Below are positions 37,917 through 48,477 of a DNA stretch of 64,000 bases, piece after piece; within the stretch, counting starts at the first letter, position 1, and every line of letters starts with the position of its first letter. The stretch covers positions 32,001-96,000 of the forward strand of contig JBCCHT010000028.1 of NCBI GenBank assembly GCA_039028615.1, written 5' to 3'. Source of the stretch: Myxococcota bacterium (GTDB taxonomy: Bacteria; Myxococcota_A; Polyangia; Nannocystales; Nannocystaceae). The position numbers were made by a program, and so were the translations under genes. The notes beneath the pieces are model-generated. The model had not been told where the DNA came from. It saw only the letters and a program-made list of their open reading frames with translations, and did no database searches.

Positions 37917-39551
37917 TCAACGAAGACCGCTGATCACTCCGTCCTTCATGTCGATCTCGTGATACTGGGGCCGCCGCGGCAAACCGGGCATACGCAGCAT
38001 GTCGCCCGTGAGCACGACCAAGAAGCCCGCGCCCGCGTTGATCTGGACGCCGCGCACGGTGATGGTGAAGCCCTCGGGGCGACCGCGTCGGGTGGGATCG
38101 TCGGACAACGAGTTCTGCGTCTTGGCCATGCAGATCGGCAGCCCGGACAGCCCCATCGCTTCAATCTGCGCGAGGTCCCGCTGGGCGGCGGCGGTGAAGG
38201 CCACGTCGGCCGCGCCGTAGATCTTGGTGGAGACGGCGGCGACCTTGTCCTGCACCGAAGCGTCCAGCGGATAGATGGGACGCAGCGGCTCGGTGCCCTC
38301 GGCCGCGGCTTCCATGACCGCTTCCGCCACCTCGACCGCCCCCTCGCCCCCGCGAGCGAAGTGATCCCCGAGCGCGAAGCGAATGCCCTGGGCCTCGCAC
38401 CAGCGGCGCACCACTGCGATCTCGTCGTCGGTGTCCTCGCCGCGACGGTTGAGCGCCACCACGGGCACCTTGCCGAAGGCCCGCACGCTGTCGACGTGCT
38501 TGTCGAGGTTGCACAGACCCGCCTCGACCGCGCCGGGATCCGGCTGCTCGAGCTCCTTGAGCGAGCGCCCGCCGTGCATCTTGAGCGCGCGGACGGTGGC
38601 CACGAGCACGGTCGCCGCGGTGTCGAGACCCGCCCCGCGACACTTGATGTCGTAGAACTTCTCCGCGCCCAGGTCGAAGCCGAAGCCGGCCTCGGTCACG
38701 ACCCAGTCGGCCAGGTGCAGCGCCGTCTTGGTCGCGATCACGCTGTTGCAGCCGTGGGCGATGTTGGCAAAGGGGCCGCCGTGCACGAGCGCGGGCGTGC
38801 CCTCTTGGGTCTGGGCCAGGTTGGGGTGCAGCACGTCCCGCATCAGCGCGAGCATGGCTCCCACCACGCCCAGCTGCCCGGCGACGATCGGCTCCTTCTT
38901 CTTGGTGACCGCGACGATGGTCCGCTCGAGTCGGGCCCGCAGGTCCTCCGCGTCCTCGGCCAGGCACATCATGGCCATGACCTCGGAGGCCGCGGTGATG
39001 TCGAAGCTCGACTGCCGGGGCATGCCGAAGGTCTTGCCGCCCATGCCGGTCACCACCTGACGCAGCGATCGCTCGTTGACGTCGAGGACCCGCGGCCACA
39101 GGATGCGTCGCGCGTCGAGGCCCTCGGTCGTGCCGAAGTGCAGCTCGTTGTCGACCGCCGCGGCCAGCAGGTTGTGCGCGGCCGTGATGGCGTGAAAGTC
39201 CCCGGTGAAGTGCAGGTTGATGTCGTCCGAGGGATGCAGCCGCGCCTTGCCACCACCCGTGCCTCCACCTTTGATCCCGAAACAGGGACCCAGCGAGGGC
39301 TCGCGCAGCGCCAGGCATACCCGCTGTCCCGCGCGCGACAGGGCATCGCCGAGGCCGATGGTCGTGGTGGTCTTGCCCTCACCCGCGGGCGTGGGTGTTA
39401 GCGCCGACACCAGCACCAGCTTGGCCGGCGTCTTCGAGTGACGCGGCCGCTCACGCACGGCGGTGAGGATCTTGGCCTTGTCATGACCGAAAGGCAGGAC
39501 GTGCTCGGCAGCGACGTCGAGAGCAGCGGCGACCTCGGAGATGGGCTTCAC
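37917..39551 (-). CDS. fhs: Formate--tetrahydrofolate ligase
   Basis: PTPAGEGKTTT, LREPSLGP, NLHFTGDFHA, HGGPFANIAHG, TEAGFG, MPGLP; GTG start inferred. Confidence 0.97.
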   Translation of the reverse strand: MKPISEVAAALDVAAEHVLPFGHDKAKILTAVRERPRHSKTPAKLVLVSALTPTPAGEGKTTTTIGLGDALSRAGQRVCLALREPSLGPCFGIKGGGTGGGKARLHPSDDINLHFTGDFHAITAAHNLLAAAVDNELHFGTTEGLDARRILWPRVLDVNERSLRQVVTGMGGKTFGMPRQSSFDITAASEVMAMMCLAEDAEDLRARLERTIVAVTKKKEPIVAGQLGVVGAMLALMRDVLHPNLAQTQEGTPALVHGGPFANIAHGCNSVIATKTALHLADWVVTEAGFGFDLGAEKFYDIKCRGAGLDTAATVLVATVRALKMHGGRSLKELEQPDPGAVEAGLCNLDKHVDSVRAFGKVPVVALNRRGEDTDDEIAVVRRWCEAQGIRFALGDHFARGGEGAVEVAEAVMEAAAEGTEPLRPIYPLDASVQDKVAAVSTKIYGAADVAFTAAAQRDLAQIEAMGLSGLPICMAKTQNSLSDDPTRRGRPEGFTITVRGVQINAGAGFLVVLTGDMLRMPGLPRRPQYHEIDMKDGVISGLR

Positions 39552-39792
39552 GCCGCGAGGGTACCCCAGCACCCATGACCGCCGATCCTCGGGGTACCCG
39601 CCCCCCGAAGCGTCCCAAACCCGCGGCCAAAGGCCCGTACGGCCCGACTGCCCCTTGCCCCTCGAAGGACCGGTACGGCTGCTCAGCCTTTTTTCCGGGA
39701 CGCGTGCGACGTGAAAGGTCCCACGTTCGGGGATCCCGCCCCGCGGATTCATGCGGAACTGCCGCGAACGATGCGATAGCGTGGCACCGACG

Positions 39793-42700
39793 ATGGCCGA
39801 GTCGGACGAGTCCACGCTCGACAACATCTCGGAGTCCCACGACTTCGACGAGGCGTTGGGTGTCGACTCCATCGACCTCGGAATCCTCGAGGCTCGCATC
39901 ATCGCCAAGGCATTCGGCGACGAAACACCGTCCAGCATCACGGAGTCGGGCGAGCTGGCGGAGGCCTCGGACCGCTACGTGATCGAGCGTCGCCTGGGCT
40001 CGGGCGCGATGGGCATGGTCTACCTCGCCCGCGACCTCGAACTCGATCGCAACGTGGCGCTCAAGGTCCTGCGACCCAATCGCGCTCTCGGCCAAGACAG
40101 CTCCTCCGACGCTCGGCTCTCCAACCAGATCCGCCGCGAGGCCCAGGCCATGGCGCGCCTCAGCCATCCCAACGTGGTGCACGTGCACGACGTGGGCTCG
40201 ATTCGCGGGCGCTTGTTCGTCGCCATGGAGCTGGTGGAGGGCGGCACCATGGCCACCTGGCTGCGCGCGGTGGACCGGAGCTGGCGCGAGGTGGTGGGCG
40301 TGTTTCGAGCCGCCGCTCGGGGGCTGCACGCCGCCCACGAAGCCGACCTCGTCCACCGCGACTTCAAGCCCGACAACGTGCTGATGACCCACGAAGGGGT
40401 GGCCAAGGTCACCGATTTCGGTCTCGCCCGGGTCTCCGAAGAGCTGCGGGCCCGGCAGGGCGAGTCGCTCGGCCCCGCCCCCGACGACAGCGAGGGCGCC
40501 TCGCTGTCGGTGGGTTCGATCAAGGGCACGCCCGCGTATATGGCCCCCGAGCACATTCGCGGGCTGGCCGGCGATGCCCGCTCGGATCAGTTCAGCTTCT
40601 GCGTGTCGCTATACGAGGCCCTGTACGGCGAGCGGCCCTTCCACGCGAGAGACACGGTCTCGCTGCTCGCCAACATCATGAGCGGAGATCGGCGCCCGGT
40701 CCCCAGCCGCTCCCTGCCCCGCCGACTCGTCGCGCTGGTCAACCGCGGCCTCAGCCCGTCCCCCGACGACCGCTTCGAGTCCATGGCGCAGCTCGAGGCC
40801 GAGCTCGAGCGCTGCGAGCTGTCCTTCGTTCGCCGCTACTGGATGCCCCTGGCTGCGGTCAGCCTCATCGCCGCGATGGGCATCGGCGGCATGGTGGTCC
40901 AGCGGGCCAAGAGTCGCGACTGTGAGCGCGAGGCCGCGCGCGTCGACGAGCTGTGGAGCAGCACCCGGCGCAACGAGGTCGAGCGCGCCATCCTCGAGTC
41001 CGAGCTGCCCTATGCCCCGCCGACCTGGCGCGCGGTCGAGACCCAGCTGGGCAACTGGACCAGCGATTGGCGCGACGAGGCCCGCCAGGCCTGTGTTCGC
41101 CGCGAAGACGACGTGATGGCGGGGCGCCGGGCGTCGTGCCTGGAGGTCGCCGCCCTCGACTTCGCCGGCACCGTGGAGGTGCTGCGCACCGCGTCGCCTC
41201 AGCTCGCCCCGCAAGCGAGTCAGCTCGTCCACCGCATCGCCGACCCCACCCGTTGCGCCGACGACACCTGGCTCCGCACCGGGACCGCGCCGCCGCCTCC
41301 CCCCGAGCTGCGCGAGCAGGTCTACCAGGCGCGTCAGCAGCTGTCGCAGTCGCGCTCGCTGCACTTCCTCGGGCGCCTGGACGAAGCCCTCGAGCTCGCG
41401 CAGCAGACCCGGGAAACCGCCAAGTCCCTCGACTACCCCGCGCTCTTGGTGGAAGCCGAGCACCGGGTCACCGCCGTCGAGCTGAACTACCAGCCCGATC
41501 AGGGGGCCTCGCGGTGGCGGGACGTCTACGTGATGGCCGTGCGCGAGGACCTGACCGCCATCGCCGTGTCCGCCGCGCTGTTCATGATTCGCAGCTCGAC
41601 CTACGACCCGGGGCGCCACGGTGAAGCCCAGATGTGGGGGCAGATCGCCGAAGCCCACATCTCGCGGTTCCAGGAGCAGGCGTCGTCCCTCGAGGCGATT
41701 CGGCTGCGCTCGCTGGCCAACGTCGAGGCCCGCACCGGAAACCTCGAGCGCGCGCTCGAGCTGGCCCGGGCCGCGCGCGAGATGGCGGCCGAGAGCCTGC
41801 ACGAGGACGACCCTCGACACGCCGCGTTCCTCATGACGGAGGCCAATGCCGAGCTGTCCATGAACCGACAGGACTCCGCGCTCGAGCACATCGAGCAGGG
41901 CCTGGCGATGGAGCATCGCCTCTACGGCGACATCCACCCTTCCATCGCCGGACTGGAGACCTTCCGCGCCGAGATCTTGATGAAGAAGGGCCAGCTCGAC
42001 GAGGCGTACGCCGGGCTCGAGCGGATCCTGACCATCTACCAGGCCACGCTGCCCGAGGGACATTCCGCCATCGGAGACACCCTCGCCAACATGGGCCATG
42101 TGCTGCGCCGACAGGGCCGGCTCGAAGAGGCGCTAACGCGGGTCGCCGAGGGCTACGAAGTGTCCAAAAAGGCGCTGGGGCCAGAGCACGACTCCGCCAC
42201 GAATGCTCAGCTGACGATGGCGCTCATCGAGCTCGACCTCGGACGGCTCGAGGACGCGCTCACTCGCCTCGACAAAGTGCTGCCCGCCATCGGCAAGCAG
42301 GGCACCGAACGCGAGCTGTACCAGCAGGCGCTCCAGCTGTCGTCCAACATCCAGTTCCGTCTCGGCCGCTTCGACGCCGCCGACGAGACCTCCCGGAAGA
42401 ACCTGGAAATCATCGAGGCCATCACCGACCCCGGGCACCGAGAGCACCGCTACGCGCTCTGGCTGCGGGCCAGCGTGCTCCGGGAGCGAGGGCAGCTGAC
42501 CGAGGCACTATCGCTGCTCGATCGTTGCATCGAGCTGCCCGTCACCCAGCCCCCGCAGGAGCCCAAGAAACTGCAATGCGAGGTCGCACGCCTCGACCTG
42601 TGGCAACGCATGTCGGACCCGCGGGGCAGCGCCCAGGCGTTGGAGGCGAAGCTCGGCGAGCTGGTGGACTCGGACGACGAGTTCGCGGCCGAGCACCGGG

Positions 42701-42858
42701 CGCGCCTTCGGTTCGCGCTGGCCCGGAACAAGGCCGGCTGGGACGATCCCGAGAGCGCGCGAGCGCTGGCGGACCAGGCTCGCAAGGAACTCGGGGAGCA
42801 CCTTCGCTACGCCCAGCTCCGCCGCGAGATCGGCGATTGGGCCGCCGCCCTGCCCTAA
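39793..42858 (+). CDS. Membrane Ser/Thr protein kinase with TPR repeats
   Basis: LGSGAMGMVY, HRDFKPDN, DFGLA, GTPAYMAPE; TM segment; TPRs; start uncertain (39751-39793). Confidence 0.94.
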   Translation: MAESDESTLDNISESHDFDEALGVDSIDLGILEARIIAKAFGDETPSSITESGELAEASDRYVIERRLGSGAMGMVYLARDLELDRNVALKVLRPNRALGQDSSSDARLSNQIRREAQAMARLSHPNVVHVHDVGSIRGRLFVAMELVEGGTMATWLRAVDRSWREVVGVFRAAARGLHAAHEADLVHRDFKPDNVLMTHEGVAKVTDFGLARVSEELRARQGESLGPAPDDSEGASLSVGSIKGTPAYMAPEHIRGLAGDARSDQFSFCVSLYEALYGERPFHARDTVSLLANIMSGDRRPVPSRSLPRRLVALVNRGLSPSPDDRFESMAQLEAELERCELSFVRRYWMPLAAVSLIAAMGIGGMVVQRAKSRDCEREAARVDELWSSTRRNEVERAILESELPYAPPTWRAVETQLGNWTSDWRDEARQACVRREDDVMAGRRASCLEVAALDFAGTVEVLRTASPQLAPQASQLVHRIADPTRCADDTWLRTGTAPPPPPELREQVYQARQQLSQSRSLHFLGRLDEALELAQQTRETAKSLDYPALLVEAEHRVTAVELNYQPDQGASRWRDVYVMAVREDLTAIAVSAALFMIRSSTYDPGRHGEAQMWGQIAEAHISRFQEQASSLEAIRLRSLANVEARTGNLERALELARAAREMAAESLHEDDPRHAAFLMTEANAELSMNRQDSALEHIEQGLAMEHRLYGDIHPSIAGLETFRAEILMKKGQLDEAYAGLERILTIYQATLPEGHSAIGDTLANMGHVLRRQGRLEEALTRVAEGYEVSKKALGPEHDSATNAQLTMALIELDLGRLEDALTRLDKVLPAIGKQGTERELYQQALQLSSNIQFRLGRFDAADETSRKNLEIIEAITDPGHREHRYALWLRASVLRERGQLTEALSLLDRCIELPVTQPPQEPKKLQCEVARLDLWQRMSDPRGSAQALEAKLGELVDSDDEFAAEHRARLRFALARNKAGWDDPESARALADQARKELGEHLRYAQLRREIGDWAAALP

Positions 42859-42878
42859 CCGCCGGCCACCGAGCGCGT

Positions 42879-43796
42879 TCAGTGCCGAGCCAGCCACGCC
42901 GTACAGCGGGCGGCCCGTGCCTCGAAGTGCGACTGCACGACGGCGTGCAGCGCTCGCACCCGGGCGCGCTGAAATCGACGGCTCGGAAAGACGGCATGGA
43001 TGGCGACCCCGTCCCCCTCGTACTCGGGCAAGACGGGGACCAGGGTGCCCTGCTCGAGATCGTCGATGACGTCGAAGAGGCTCTTGCGGGCGATGCCCAT
43101 GCCGGCCCGCGCCCATCGTCGACACGCATAGCCATCGCCACACAGCGGGCTGTCCACGGGCACGGTCTCCGCTCGCCCGTCCCGATGCAATTGCCACGCG
43201 TCCACCGGGACTCCGGAAAGCTGCAGCGTCAGGCACCGATGCTCGGCGAGGTCTCGCGGGGTGCGGGGCATGCCGCGGTCCTTCACGTAGTCCGGGGATG
43301 CCACCAGCAGCACGGGAAACTCGGCGAGCTTGCGCACCGTGAGGCTGCTGTCGCGCAGCGGCCCGTAGCGGATCGCCATGTCGATCGCGTCACGGTGCAG
43401 GTGCTGAATCCCGTCTCCGACATGGAGCACGATCCGTAGCCTCGGGTGCTCCACGCACAGCTCGGCCACCAGCCGCTCCAGCATTTGGTGGGTCGTGTCG
43501 GTGGGCGCGCTCAGGTGCACCGTGCCTTCGAGCTCGCTTCGATGACCGCGAGCGTCGTCGAGGGTCCGCTGCCACACGTCGACGACATCGCGGCAACCAT
43601 CGACGACCACGCGCCCTTCGTCGGTCAGGTGCAGGGAACGCGTGGTCCGCTCGAACACTCGCACGCCGACGTCCTTTTCGATCCGCTGAATCGCAGCGCT
43701 CACCGCGGCGGGGGTCAGCTGCAGCTGCCCGGCAGCGAGCGTCATCGAGCCCGCGTCGGCGACCCGAACCAGCAGCTCCATCTCGCGGATCTTCAC
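42879..43796 (-). CDS. LysR-family transcriptional regulator (CrgA/DmlR-like)
   Basis: GSMTLAA..L.LTPAAVS, FERTTRSLHLTDEG, IDMAIRYG, ASPDY. Confidence 0.93.
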   Translation of the reverse strand: MKIREMELLVRVADAGSMTLAAGQLQLTPAAVSAAIQRIEKDVGVRVFERTTRSLHLTDEGRVVVDGCRDVVDVWQRTLDDARGHRSELEGTVHLSAPTDTTHQMLERLVAELCVEHPRLRIVLHVGDGIQHLHRDAIDMAIRYGPLRDSSLTVRKLAEFPVLLVASPDYVKDRGMPRTPRDLAEHRCLTLQLSGVPVDAWQLHRDGRAETVPVDSPLCGDGYACRRWARAGMGIARKSLFDVIDDLEQGTLVPVLPEYEGDGVAIHAVFPSRRFQRARVRALHAVVQSHFEARAARCTAWLARH

Positions 43797-43806
43797 GCAT
43801 CGATTA

Positions 43807-43821
43807 TCAAACAACCATTGA
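43807..43821. promoter_or_regulatory. Putative LysR recognition site TCAA-N7-TTGA
   Basis: Inverted repeat in the AT-rich divergent promoter next to the lysR start. Confidence 0.5.
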
Positions 43822-43898
43822 AAGACAAACAAGGCGCCAGGCCTACAACTGCCAGCATTTCGGCCTTATACCGAGGATGTCCTCACCCGGAGCCCACG

Positions 43899-44906
43899 AT
43901 GAACGCCGTCGTTTACAAAGAATCGCAACAGGTAGAGCCCTCAAAGGCCGCGAGCGACGCCGATTTTCCCTCGATCAATCGAGGCTACGACGCGGTGTTC
44001 CGCGCGGGTCGGCTGAGCCTCGGCCTGGTCGCGCCGATCGAGGCCTACCCGAGCGGACCGGTCCCCACCATGGCCCGCCACGTCGAGCGGGTGCGCTTGG
44101 CCGAGCAGCTCGGGTTCTCGGCGATCTGGCTGCGGGACGTGCCGTTCAACGTGCCGTCCTTCGGCGACGCGGGGCAGCTCCACGATCCCTTCGTGTACCT
44201 CGGCCTGCTGGCAGCGCACACCGAGACGCTCGCGCTCGGCGTGGCCAGCATCATCTTGCCACTGCGGCACCCGGCCCATGTCGCCAAGGCGGCCGCGAGC
44301 GCGGACGTGCTGTCCGAAGGGCGGCTCATCCTCGGCGTCGCATCGGGCGATCGACCAGCGGAGTACCCCGCCCTCGACCTGCCCTTCGTGGAACGCGGCG
44401 CCCGGTTCCGAGCCAGCTTCGAATACATCGATCGGATGCGGGAGACGGCGCCGAGCTTCGACAACCTCTACGGGAGCCCCTACGGCGGCATGGACATGCT
44501 GCCCAAGCCGAGCACAGGCCGGCTGCCCCTGCTCATCACCGGAGGAAGCCAGCAGGATCCCGACTGGATCGCCCAAAACGGCGACGGCTGGATGGTGTAC
44601 CCCCGCCACGTCTCGGCGCAGGCCGACATCATCCGCACCTGGCGAGAGCGGGTCCGGCACTTCGACCGACCGGCGAAGCCGGTGATGCAGCCGCTGTACG
44701 TCGACCTGCTCGACGATCCGGATGCACCTGCGACCCCCATCCACCTGGGCGTCCGCATCGGGGTCCGACCCCTTCGCGAGTACCTGCGCACGCTCGAGTC
44801 GATCGGCGTCAACCACGTCGCCTTGAACCTCCGCTTCAACCGAGGGGACATCGAACGCACCCTCGAACGCCTGGCCGAGGAAGTCCTGCCGGATTTCTCG
44901 ACCTGA
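43899..44906 (+). CDS. Luciferase-like (LLM) oxidoreductase
   Basis: AIWLRDVP, FGDAGQ, LPLRHP, GVASGDRPAEYP, GVNHVALN. Confidence 0.9.
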   Translation: MNAVVYKESQQVEPSKAASDADFPSINRGYDAVFRAGRLSLGLVAPIEAYPSGPVPTMARHVERVRLAEQLGFSAIWLRDVPFNVPSFGDAGQLHDPFVYLGLLAAHTETLALGVASIILPLRHPAHVAKAAASADVLSEGRLILGVASGDRPAEYPALDLPFVERGARFRASFEYIDRMRETAPSFDNLYGSPYGGMDMLPKPSTGRLPLLITGGSQQDPDWIAQNGDGWMVYPRHVSAQADIIRTWRERVRHFDRPAKPVMQPLYVDLLDDPDAPATPIHLGVRIGVRPLREYLRTLESIGVNHVALNLRFNRGDIERTLERLAEEVLPDFST

Positions 44907-44917
44907 GGACCACTGCC

Positions 44918-45730
44918 ATGACCACGCAAACGAAGACCATCCTGCTCACCGGATCCACCGACGGCATCGGGCTCGAGACGGCTCGAATGCTCGCAGCGTC
45001 GGGACACCACCTGCTGCTCCACGGGCGCAACGCCGACAAGCTCGACCGGGTCGTCGACGAAGTGTCCGGGATCGCATCCGCGGGCCCCGTCGAGCGCTAC
45101 GTCGCCGATCTCTCCACGATGGCGGACGTCGACGCCATGGCCCAGGCGATCGCCGACGCCCACTCGCACCTCGACGTGCTCATCAACAACGCGGGCGTGT
45201 TCAACACCTCCACGCCCATCACCCCCGAGGGGCTCGACGTTCGCTTCGTCGTCAACACGCTCGCCCCCTACCGGCTCACCCAGCGCTTGCTACCCCTGAT
45301 GAACGCCTCGGGTCGTGTGGTGAACCTGTCGTCGGCGGCCCAGTCCCCCGTGTCCATCGACGCGATGCTCGGCTCGACTCGGCTCTCCGATTTCGAGGCC
45401 TACGCCCAGAGCAAGCTGGCCATCACCATGTGGTCGCGGACGCTGGCGAAGTCGCTCGGTGAAGCGGGCCCGGTGGTGGTCTCCGTGAACCCGGCCTCGA
45501 TGCTCGGCACGAAGATGGTCAAGGACGCCTTCGGCGTCTCGGGCAACGACATCAGCATCGGCGCCGACATCCTCGTCCGCGCCGCGACGTCGGACGAGTT
45601 CGCCGACGCGTCGGGCAAGTACTACGACAACGATGCCCGTCGGTTCGGCCCTCCCCACGCGCACGCGCTCGACGACCAGCGCTGTGCACCGGTCCTCGAG
45701 GCGATCGAGACGTTGCTGGCGCGCAGCTGA
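44918..45730 (+). CDS. Short-chain dehydrogenase/reductase
   Basis: TGSTDGIG, NNAG, YAQSK. Confidence 0.92.
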   Translation: MTTQTKTILLTGSTDGIGLETARMLAASGHHLLLHGRNADKLDRVVDEVSGIASAGPVERYVADLSTMADVDAMAQAIADAHSHLDVLINNAGVFNTSTPITPEGLDVRFVVNTLAPYRLTQRLLPLMNASGRVVNLSSAAQSPVSIDAMLGSTRLSDFEAYAQSKLAITMWSRTLAKSLGEAGPVVVSVNPASMLGTKMVKDAFGVSGNDISIGADILVRAATSDEFADASGKYYDNDARRFGPPHAHALDDQRCAPVLEAIETLLARS

Positions 45731-45739
45731 GCGCTCGGC

Positions 45740-46744
45740 TCAGCCGACCTTCAGCACCAGCTTGCCGAGCTTTTCCCCGGTGAACAGCCGGCTCAGCGCT
45801 CCGGCGAAGTCGTCGATGCCTTCGACCACCGTCTCGCGGTACTTCAGCTTGCCCGAGGCGAGCCAAGGCCCCATCTGTGCGATGGCTTCGCCGTAGCGCT
45901 TGGCATAGTCGAACACCACGAAGCCCTCCATCCGCGCGCGCGAGACCAACAGCGACAGGTAGTTGGAGGGCCCGGCCGTCTTGTCGAGGTTGTTGTACTG
46001 GGAAATCGCGCCGCAGATGACCACGCGCGCCTGCATGGCCAGGCGACCGAGGGCCAGGTCGAGGATCTCGCCACCCACGTTGTCGAAATACACGTCGATA
46101 CGATCGGGGCAGGTTTCCTTGAGCCGCGCGCGGACGTTGTCGTTCTTGTAATCGATGGCGGCATCGAAGCCGAGGTCCTCGACCAGGTGCGTGCACTTGT
46201 CCGGGCCTCCGGCGATGCCCACCGCCCGCGCGCCCTTGATCTTGGCGATCTGGCCGACCAACGAGCCCACCGCTCCGGCTGCCCCGGATACGAGCACGGT
46301 GTCGCCTTCTTTGACCGCCCCCACCTCGAGCAAGCCGAAGTAGGCGGTGAGGCCCGGCATGCCCAAGACCCCGAGATAGGCGGACAGCGGCGCGAGCTTC
46401 GGATCGACGCGCTGCAGCCCCTTGCCCGGGACCCGCGCCAGCGACTGCACCCCGAACAGGCCGGTCACGTGGTCCCCCTCGGAGAAGTTGGGATGACGCG
46501 AGGCCACCACCTGCCCCACCGCGCCCGCGCGCATCACTTCGCCCAGGCCGACGGGCGGCACATAGGAACGGGCATCCCGCATCCAGCCCCGCATGGCCGG
46601 GTCGAGCGACACGTAGCGGACCTCGACCAGGACCTCGCCGTCTTCAGGCTCGGCGACCGGCGTGGTCCGGGACTCGAAGTCGTCCGCGACGGGCAGGCCC
46701 TCGGGGCGACGAGTGAGGATGACTTGATGGCTGGATCGCGTCAT
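45740..46744 (-). CDS. NADP-dependent oxidoreductase (CurA/prostaglandin reductase-like MDR)
   Basis: SLDPAMRGWM, GMPGLTAYFGL, SGAAGAVGS, YFDNVGG, CGAISQYN. Confidence 0.93.
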   Translation of the reverse strand: MTRSSHQVILTRRPEGLPVADDFESRTTPVAEPEDGEVLVEVRYVSLDPAMRGWMRDARSYVPPVGLGEVMRAGAVGQVVASRHPNFSEGDHVTGLFGVQSLARVPGKGLQRVDPKLAPLSAYLGVLGMPGLTAYFGLLEVGAVKEGDTVLVSGAAGAVGSLVGQIAKIKGARAVGIAGGPDKCTHLVEDLGFDAAIDYKNDNVRARLKETCPDRIDVYFDNVGGEILDLALGRLAMQARVVICGAISQYNNLDKTAGPSNYLSLLVSRARMEGFVVFDYAKRYGEAIAQMGPWLASGKLKYRETVVEGIDDFAGALSRLFTGEKLGKLVLKVG

Positions 46745-46845
46745 GGATCGACTCCTGGCCGCTTTCCCCCGGAACATGGGGCGATGCGAGCGACCGGAGC
46801 ATCGTACTCGCGAAACGTTCCTCTGCTAGCATCCCCAGCCACGTC

Positions 46846-48477
46846 ATGCGCTGGAGCCGACGAAAGGTGCTGGGCACCACCGCCTCGGGCCTCGCCGGTC
46901 TCTCCGTGGGCTGCCCCCGACCGGCGCCCGCGGTGGAGCGGAGCTTCGTCGGCCAGGATCCCGCCCGCGGTCACCTGCTGCGCGACGGCGCCATCGCATC
47001 CGCCCCCGTCAGCGACCGCGTGTCCTGCGACGTGCTCATCGTGGGTGGGGGCGCCGCGGGCATGGCCGCCGCCTGGCGGCTACAGCGGGCGGGCGAGTCG
47101 AACGTGCACGTGCTGGAGCTCGAGCCCGAGCTGGGCGGGACCGCTCGCGGCGGCCAGACTCCGCGCTCGCGCTACCCGATGGGCGCGCACTACCTGCCGA
47201 CGCCACACCACGAGTTCACCGCGCTCCAGACCTTGCTCGCCGACCTCGGGGTCCTGACCCGTCGCGCCAAGCACGGCCCCGAGTACGACCCGCGCGTCGT
47301 GTGCCGTGCCCCCCTCGAGCGCCACCGCTTTCGCGGCAAGTGGGAAGAAGGCCTGTATCCCGGCGCCGGCCAGAGCCCGGAAGAAGAAGCGCAGTGGGTG
47401 CGCTGGCGAGCCCACCTCGCCGAACTCGACAAGCGCCGCGGCGCCGACGGACGGCGCCTGTTCACGCTGCCCGTCGCCGACAGCAGCACCGAGCTTCGCG
47501 ACCTCGACCAGATCTCCATGGCGACCTATCTCGATCGCCTGGGCCTCACCAGCTGGCGCCTGCGCTGGGCGGTCGACTACGCCTGCCGCGACGACTACGG
47601 CTGCACCATCGAGCAGGCGTCCGCCTTCGCCGGCCTCCATCACTATCTGTGTCGTGGCCTCGACAACGACGAGCACGAGCGCTTCATCCTGACCTGGCCC
47701 CAGGGCAACGCCCGGCTGGTCGAGCTGATGGCCGAAGCGGCGCGGCTCGAGGATCGGGTGCACCGCGACACGGTCGCGTTCCAGATCGATCCCGACTCGG
47801 GCACGGTGACCGCCTACGACTACGGTGCGCAGCGCCAGCGCGTCTTCGAGGCCAAGCAGGTGCTGTGGGCCGCCCCGCGCTTCATCTTGCCGCGGGTGCT
47901 GCCGCCGGGGCGCGACCCCATGGAGCGCGACGCCCTGACCTACAGCCCGTGGCTGGTGGCCAGCGTCGAGCTCAGCCAGCGCCCGGGTGGCATCGGTGCG
48001 GCGCTGAGCTGGGACAACGTGCCCGTGCACGCCGACAACCTCGGCTACGTGGTCGCCACCCACCTCGAGCCGCTCACCCAGCGCAACGCCGAGGGCACGG
48101 TCATCACCTACTACCAGCCCATGCCCGCCGATGACGTGGAGGGCTTGCGGCAGCGCCGGACCGATCTGCTGGCGGGGTCGCTCGATCACTGGTGCGACCA
48201 CGTGGGCAACGAGCTCGAGGCCATGCACCCCGGCATCGGGGCCACCGTCCGCCGCATGCACATCGCTCGCTGGGGCCATGCCATGATCCGCCCCGTCCCT
48301 GGTGTGCTCTTCGGTCCTGGCCGTGCGACCGCGGCCGCCCCCGTCGGTCGCATTCAGCCCTGCTCGACCGATGTCGCCGGGCTCCCCCTGTTCGAAGAAG
48401 CCTTCTGTGCGGGCGTTCGGGCGGCCGAGCTGGCCGTGGCTCGCCTGGGTCGACCCGTCTCGGATCCACTGTCATGA
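46846..48477 (+). CDS. Tat-exported FAD-dependent oxidoreductase (amine oxidase-like) lipoprotein
   Basis: SRRKVL twin-arginine signal plus LSVGC; GGGAAG; GAHY; YACRDDYG; SAFAGLHH; RWGHAM; LFEEA. Confidence 0.85.
   Translation: MRWSRRKVLGTTASGLAGLSVGCPRPAPAVERSFVGQDPARGHLLRDGAIASAPVSDRVSCDVLIVGGGAAGMAAAWRLQRAGESNVHVLELEPELGGTARGGQTPRSRYPMGAHYLPTPHHEFTALQTLLADLGVLTRRAKHGPEYDPRVVCRAPLERHRFRGKWEEGLYPGAGQSPEEEAQWVRWRAHLAELDKRRGADGRRLFTLPVADSSTELRDLDQISMATYLDRLGLTSWRLRWAVDYACRDDYGCTIEQASAFAGLHHYLCRGLDNDEHERFILTWPQGNARLVELMAEAARLEDRVHRDTVAFQIDPDSGTVTAYDYGAQRQRVFEAKQVLWAAPRFILPRVLPPGRDPMERDALTYSPWLVASVELSQRPGGIGAALSWDNVPVHADNLGYVVATHLEPLTQRNAEGTVITYYQPMPADDVEGLRQRRTDLLAGSLDHWCDHVGNELEAMHPGIGATVRRMHIARWGHAMIRPVPGVLFGPGRATAAAPVGRIQPCSTDVAGLPLFEEAFCAGVRAAELAVARLGRPVSDPLS

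Noticed and set aside
39552..39790. ZTP or THF riboswitch upstream of fhs
   Set aside because: Only a GGGTACCCC/GGGGTACCC inverted repeat is visible; the ZTP core elements (GACTGGCG, CGCCTGGGC) are absent on the minus strand. An Rfam scan would be decisive.
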